This document shows, piece by piece, positions 59,132-64,000 of a stretch of DNA of 64,000 nt. The notes beneath the pieces are model-generated. The model did not search any database and was not told where the DNA came from. It saw only the letters and a list, made by a program, of their open reading frames with translations. Made by a program: the position numbers and the translations under genes. Source of the DNA: a virus (lineage: Duplodnaviria; Caudoviricetes); IMG/VR virus record IMGVR_UViG_3300021387_000106, positions 32,001-96,000 of that record. One strand, 5' to 3'. The number at the start of each line of letters is the position of its first letter. Positions within the stretch are counted from its first letter, which is position 1.

Positions 59132-60576
59132 ATATACAAATGAGCGAATTTATCATCATCAAAGAACAGATAATAGATATTACCGATGTTCTTATGGTCT
59201 TTCTTCACACCCATACGAGTCATGGCACGTCCGAATCCGTTAAATTCCTCATGCTCATAGCCCATAGAGTCACACCAAAGACAATACTCCTGAAAGAGCG
59301 CATTTGCCAACACAATCTTTGGCTTTTCATCCAAATTGCCGACACGGAACGTCTCTCTGATACCATTATCATCAAAGAATACCCTCACAGTCTGCTTATT
59401 CTCTATCATATACTCACGCTTTGCCGACTCGCTGACACCAGCACCGACAAAAGAGAAATTATCAGCAGCCAACTTCAAATAGCCCTGCATCATCCAGTTA
59501 CGAATACCCGAATACTCACTTCTCAGAACCGAATCAAGGTCACGTCGAATATCCTTGTCCGTCACCTTCGCCCTGAAAGGAATGAATACCAACCTTCGCA
59601 TCATTGCCTTATCAAGATTGCTGTTCGTCGGCTTCCTATTCATGCTGAATATCATAAACGGAATATCATACGCTATCTCGAAATCACCGCCAATGCGTCT
59701 TATCGTCTGAGGTGAACCGCTACATAACGACTTGAAAGCATCCTCATGCCTGGTAATGTCATAACTCTGCACCTCGTCACATATATTGAACGTGCGCCCG
59801 ACAACTCCTGCAAGCAATCTCGCCCTTACATCAGGATTGCCACTGACAAGATTACTCAATGACTCCACGCTGATATTCCAAGCACCAAGCACACCTGTTA
59901 TGACATTCGTGATAGTGGTCTTACCATTACCGCCACCGCCAATCATCCATAAACTCTCTTCGACCCTATGGCTCATAGTGGCACGATTCACACAACCAAG
60001 ACCCAAATACTTCTGTAACGTCAGTATCTCACTATCGGGTAATATCTCACCAAGGAAATGAATCCAGTTCGGGCAGGTAGCATTTGGATCATAATCATAA
60101 TCCAACAACTGAGTAACTGCCATCCTATCCCGGAACTCATAGCGTATCGGATTGCTCACATCGGAGAAATCCCAAACACCATTTCTGAAACCTACCAAAG
60201 AAGGACTTACACACAAAGGACTCATAATAGCACCATCACGCAGACTGCCAGCCAACTTCTGACTACTCTTGACAATATCATCCTTACCAATACCCAACTT
60301 ACGCAAAGCATCACGCAAAGCATACTCCATACAGCTATTAGTGGCTTTGTCAAAAGGCTTCCATACCATGCCATCAAAGTAATACACAACACCATGCAGA
60401 CTTCTCAGACACTTCCTGCCAATATCACATACGAGATTTTGGTAATCATAAAGCCTATCACCATAACGCTGCTGATGGTAAGCCTCTACAACACGCTTCT
60501 TATCAACACCAGATGCAAACTCGTCTCGTAACTGGCGTATCAATCCGTCCTGTGATGATTTTATCCCTTTTTCCAC
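59128..60576 (-). CDS. D5/P4-family SF3 helicase (primase-associated)
   Basis: FRNGVWD, YDPNATCPNW, Walker A GGGGNGKTT, CDE, RRLVFIPF. Confidence 0.88.
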   Translation of the reverse strand: MEKGIKSSQDGLIRQLRDEFASGVDKKRVVEAYHQQRYGDRLYDYQNLVCDIGRKCLRSLHGVVYYFDGMVWKPFDKATNSCMEYALRDALRKLGIGKDDIVKSSQKLAGSLRDGAIMSPLCVSPSLVGFRNGVWDFSDVSNPIRYEFRDRMAVTQLLDYDYDPNATCPNWIHFLGEILPDSEILTLQKYLGLGCVNRATMSHRVEESLWMIGGGGNGKTTITNVITGVLGAWNISVESLSNLVSGNPDVRARLLAGVVGRTFNICDEVQSYDITRHEDAFKSLCSGSPQTIRRIGGDFEIAYDIPFMIFSMNRKPTNSNLDKAMMRRLVFIPFRAKVTDKDIRRDLDSVLRSEYSGIRNWMMQGYLKLAADNFSFVGAGVSESAKREYMIENKQTVRVFFDDNGIRETFRVGNLDEKPKIVLANALFQEYCLWCDSMGYEHEEFNGFGRAMTRMGVKKDHKNIGNIYYLFFDDDKFAHLYI

Positions 60577-60656
60577 TATATATAAAACAATAATATAAAT
60601 ATTATAATACCCAATTAAGAAATATTACTTCATTTACTTCATTTTGCTTCACAGCA

Positions 60657-60714
60657 CAAAGATAAACACCTTTATTTAAAGGCATTGCGAATGATTTCTA
60701 AAATCTCGCCATTT
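60657..60714 (-). promoter_or_regulatory. Promoter with a third copy of the conserved upstream element
   Basis: -7 box TATCTTTG at 60664-60657 and TTTCTAAAATCTCGCCATTT at 60695-60714. Confidence 0.65.
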
Positions 60715-61181
60715 GAGAGCAAAATTGCTTCAAAAACACCCATATTGCTTCAAAACAACCATCATTTAACAATTAATTAACCCAAAAAACACCTCGTTTT
60801 ACCCCAAAATGACGCATTTTTCACACAATATTTACTACACCATTTCACCAAATGTTAAACAATTAACACTCGAAATGTTAAAATTGAAAATTAAAAAATT
60901 AAAATAAAAAATTTTTGTGGGAAGTCACAAACACCGTTTGGTCGATTTTTGCAGGGGGCTCCCCTCCATATTTTGTAAACATTTTAGATAAAAGGTTATA
61001 TTATATGTATAATGTAACTAACTGAAAATCAATTAGTTAGACGTACTTTTGAAGTGGGGAAAATCGTCTCCTTTGTCCTTTATTTTCGTACTTATTGAAG
61101 ATGATAAAAAACGTTTTTTGCTTTCAGGCTTTTAGTTGCAAATAATGAAGTATCTTTATTGCACATATATTATAATGTACG

Positions 61182-61189
61182 TACATTTG
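61182..61189 (+). promoter_or_regulatory. Bacteroidota -7 box (TACATTTG)
   Basis: Upstream of the Ala/Glu/Lys-rich gene. Confidence 0.55.
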
Positions 61190-61354
61190 CAGTGCATCTA
61201 CTTAGTAGGTGTGCGCTGTTTGACGTTCTGAGGTTACTGCTAAGGCTGCTGAGGCACTTGCTGAGGCTCTGAGGCTCTTAGTAGACTACTCACGCAATAG
61301 GGCGCTCGTTCTTTGACTTATTTACATTGTTTCACTCTTTAATACATTATCATT

Positions 61355-62434
61355 ATGGAAAAAAAGGTTTTAATTAGTGCACTTGCTGCACTCGTTCGTC
61401 CGAGTTTTAATGTTGCTTCTTATGAGGCTGAGTATTTAACTAAGGCTTTTGCTGCTGCTAAGGGTGATGCTAAGGCATTTGCTGAGGCTGTTGCTGCTAA
61501 GGATTCTGAGGTTGCTAAGGCTGCTGAGGATTGGAAAAAGGCAAATGCTGAGGCACTGGCTAAGGCTGAGGCTGCTGCTACTCCTTATCTTATTATCCGT
61601 ACCTTATTAGATAAAAAGGCTAAGGCTGAGGCACTTGTTGAGGCTAAGGCTGCTAAGTTGGCTAAGGCTACTGAGGCTAAAAAGGCTGAGGCTGCTGAGG
61701 CGCTGGCTAAGGCTAAGGCTGAGGCTCAACCAGTTCGGGCACTTGCTGAGGCACTTGCTGAGGCACTTGCTTTTGTTAGTAGTCCGACTGCTGAGGCTAA
61801 GGCTGAGGCTCTTGCTAAGGCTCTTGAGGTTGCTGAGGCTGAGGCTGCTAAGGGTGTTTTCAATATGTATTGGGATTGTAATAATACTGAGGGCACTCGT
61901 TTAACTGCTGAGGCTGATGTTTACTATTTGCCTACTTCTTTGGGATTCGCTGAGGCTGCTGCTAATTGTCTGCTTAGTTACTCCGTTTTTGCTGAGGTTG
62001 CTGTTAGACGTGCTAAGGCTGCTGAGGCTATTGAGAATCTTCTCAACGGCTTAACTGATAGGATGGTTAAATGCATCGAAAAAGGTGCAAAGATTGAGGC
62101 TGTTAGGGCTAAGTTGTCTGAGGCACTGGCTGAGGCTGAGGCTAAGGCTGCTGCTAAGGCTGAGGCTCTTGCTGCTGAGGCTGCTGCTAAGTTTAAGCGT
62201 GTTTCTCTAACTGCTGAGGCTGCTGAGGCTGCTGCTAAGGCTGCTGCTTGCAAGGTTGGCACTGCTGCTAAGAAAAAGGCTGAGGCTGAGGCTAAGAAAA
62301 AGGCTAAGGCTGCTGAGGCTGCTGCTACTGCATGGAACGTGTTTAAACACGAATACGCTGAGGCTGCTGCTAAGGCTGAGGCTGAGGCTTTTGAGGTTGC
62401 TGAGGCTGTTGAGGCTGAGGCTGCTGCTAAGTAA
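61355..62434 (+). CDS. Ala/Glu/Lys-rich helical protein (359 aa)
   Basis: AT-rich start context, own promoter and terminator, non-repetitive central segment. Confidence 0.7.
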   Translation: MEKKVLISALAALVRPSFNVASYEAEYLTKAFAAAKGDAKAFAEAVAAKDSEVAKAAEDWKKANAEALAKAEAAATPYLIIRTLLDKKAKAEALVEAKAAKLAKATEAKKAEAAEALAKAKAEAQPVRALAEALAEALAFVSSPTAEAKAEALAKALEVAEAEAAKGVFNMYWDCNNTEGTRLTAEADVYYLPTSLGFAEAAANCLLSYSVFAEVAVRRAKAAEAIENLLNGLTDRMVKCIEKGAKIEAVRAKLSEALAEAEAKAAAKAEALAAEAAAKFKRVSLTAEAAEAAAKAAACKVGTAAKKKAEAEAKKKAKAAEAAATAWNVFKHEYAEAAAKAEAEAFEVAEAVEAEAAAK

Positions 62435-62457
62435 CTTAAAACTCTCTTTCTAAGTTT

Positions 62458-62510
62458 GAGGCTAAGGCTTAACCAGTCTTAGCCTCTTTCTTACTTTCTT
62501 TTTTTTCTTT
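62458..62510 (+). terminator. Intrinsic terminator
   Basis: GAGGCTAAG...CTTAGCCTC followed by a T-rich tract. Confidence 0.65.
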
Positions 62511-62557
62511 TCTGAGTGAGGCACTTGCTTGTAAATAAGTCGAATTATTAAATATGT

Positions 62558-62695
62558 ATGGTTACTAAAAAGGTTAAGGCTGAGGCACTGGCTGAGGCTG
62601 CTGCTTTTATTGTGTTCGATTCACAAAATATTTGCTATTACCTTTTTGTTTGGTTTTTATTTTCTGAGGCTGCTGCTGAGGAAAATAAATTTTAG
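62558..62695 (+). CDS. Small ORF (45 aa) with AEA motifs and a hydrophobic core
   Basis: MVTKKVKAEALAEAAAFIVF...YYLFVWFLFSEAAAEENKF. Confidence 0.35.
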   Translation: MVTKKVKAEALAEAAAFIVFDSQNICYYLFVWFLFSEAAAEENKF

Positions 62696-63096
62696 TTTAC
62701 TTTGAAAATATTTTTTTCTTAGACTACACAAATAAAAAGGCTGCTCTTTGACAAAATGAAACGAAATAAATATTGTTTGGAAAAGTTTTCATTTAGATTT
62801 TATTCTTTTAGATTTTAATTTTCTTAGATTTTATTTCGTGAACACTGCAAGGCTATTACCAGATTTTACTTTTTTATAAAGATTGATCTTGCGAGCTTTG
62901 CAGAATTGATACAAGATATAATTCATAATTGAGTTTTATCAGATGCAGGAGAGTGCAATACGGCACTCTCCTTTGTTGTTTGGATTTTATTTTTTGTTTT
63001 GATTGGTTATTCCTGATTTCAAAATATTTTTTTGAGATTTGGATTTGAGTTCGATTCTCAATCTTAGCGCAATTAATTTTTAAAACTCAAAAGATT

Positions 63097-63321
63097 ATGA
63101 AAAGAAAAGATTACTATTTAGTTCGTGACAATATCTTAGGAATTGTCATTGGTGGTTTTACTGTGATCGCTGATTACGAGTTACCAATTTCCATTTCCAC
63201 AAAAACATATTTGCAATATGTGGAAAATAAGAGAAAAGCAATTTGCAGAGAAATGCACCTGAAAGCAAATTGTTTTGAATCTTGGTTAGTAGATTTAGTT
63301 ACCTACCGTAACCGCTTATAA
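63097..63321 (+). CDS. Hypothetical protein
   Basis: TTAAAACTCAA...TTATG start context. Confidence 0.6.
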   Translation: MKRKDYYLVRDNILGIVIGGFTVIADYELPISISTKTYLQYVENKRKAICREMHLKANCFESWLVDLVTYRNRL

Positions 63322-63462
63322 GATGTATAACTTAAAACTTAATTGAATTATGAAAAATCTATGTGAATTTGCCGAAAGTATTTTGGCACGGAACACGATC
63401 GAAACTTTTATTGAGATTATTTGCAGTTTGTCAGATGATGATGTAAAACAGATAATTGCAGG

Positions 63463-63771
63463 ATGAAAGTTTTGGATGATAGAAAGCGGTTAGACTATCA
63501 GCGTAGTTTAGCCGCACAATTTTTCTGCAAGAATTATTCGAGGGAGCAAAGATACCTGATTATTTTGCAGAGAGATTTGGAGAAAGGATTTCAAGCCATT
63601 ACGAGCTTGGGAATTGAGAAAGCGAAGTCTTTCCAGATATTTTATGATTTTCTTTTGGATTTTGAGAATCTGAATGAAAAGATGATTGAGTTTCGTTGGA
63701 GTGAAGATTTTCTGAATGAAAACGGAATTGACTATTCTGAATTGAAGAGATTATATCTCGCTGCGAATTAG
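63463..63771 (+). CDS. Hypothetical protein
   Basis: 102-aa ORF coupled to a short upstream ORF (63350-63466). Confidence 0.6.
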   Translation: MKVLDDRKRLDYQRSLAAQFFCKNYSREQRYLIILQRDLEKGFQAITSLGIEKAKSFQIFYDFLLDFENLNEKMIEFRWSEDFLNENGIDYSELKRLYLAAN

Positions 63772-63817
63772 TTTTTGTGGCGAGGACTATTTATTCACTT
63801 TAAAACTCAATGACATT

Positions 63818-64000
63818 ATGAAAAAGAATCTGATTATTGTAGTGGTTACTGTTTTGTCGGTTTTCGCTATTGAGAGTGCGGTTTACTTTGGCTACTGGTG
63901 TAATAATCTCCACAAGAGATATTCTTTGGTGGTAAATCAGAATCGCAAAATGAGAAATGAGATTCGCAATTACGAGGAAATCTTGGATTCTATTGACAAC
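63818..64000 (+). CDS. Partial membrane-anchored protein (runs off the window)
   Basis: MKKNLIIVVVTVLSVFAI... Confidence 0.5.
   Translation, partial: MKKNLIIVVVTVLSVFAIESAVYFGYWCNNLHKRYSLVVNQNRKMRNEIRNYEEILDSIDN

Larger units (their letters stand above)
61239..62681 (+). repeat. Co-oriented GCT(G/A)AGG motif array
   Basis: About 58 copies by hand count, inside and outside ORFs. Confidence 0.85.

Noticed and set aside
61635-62453. Leu/Arg-rich alternative-frame ORFs
   Set aside because: By-product of the GCTGAG/GCTAAG repeat
61239-62681. CRISPR array
   Set aside because: Units are 6-9 nt with no constant 25-40-nt repeat and spacer period; no cas genes
63042-63063. tRNA-like T-loop (TGAG-TTCGATT-CTCA)
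   Set aside because: No acceptor, D or anticodon arms can be built; it is an isolated hairpin
1-64000. Stop-codon reassignment
   Set aside because: Genes are full length and densely packed under code 11, with TAA, TAG and TGA all used as stops

Overview
A 64-kb segment of a large tailed (siphovirus-like) phage or prophage of a Bacteroidota host. The host call rests on TAnnTTTG -7 promoters, AT-rich starts without Shine-Dalgarno motifs, and Bacteroidota-type gene families. Layout: (1) 0.6-14 kb, small accessory genes (ASCH, acyl carrier protein, radical SAM, two YopX, PD-(D/E)XK nuclease) and several structured leader or small RNAs. (2) 14.1-50.1 kb, a minus-strand late region running scaffold, decoration, capsid, neck, tail tube, chaperone with a -1 frameshift, 3286-aa tape measure, tail tip and fibres, a diversity-generating retroelement (DGR), then lysis genes. 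(3) 50.2-56.1 kb, a divergent plus-strand packaging block: TerL with an Ala1 (class-3-like) intein, portal, MuF. (4) 56.3-60.6 kb, minus-strand genes including ParB-like and D5/SF3 helicase. (5) After a sharp strand-composition switch near 60.95 kb, an array of about 58 co-oriented GCT(G/A)AGG motifs. The DGR looks complete: TR 18073-18259, VR 19113-19299, 17 mismatches all at TR adenines, and a MutS-like accessory gene instead of Avd. Two features of it are not explained by the standard model. A 502-codon ORF starts upstream of TR, reads through TR and stays open in the -1 frame over almost the whole RT gene. An 18-nt segment at that ORF's start is complementary both to the region just 3' of VR and to the TR 3' spacer.
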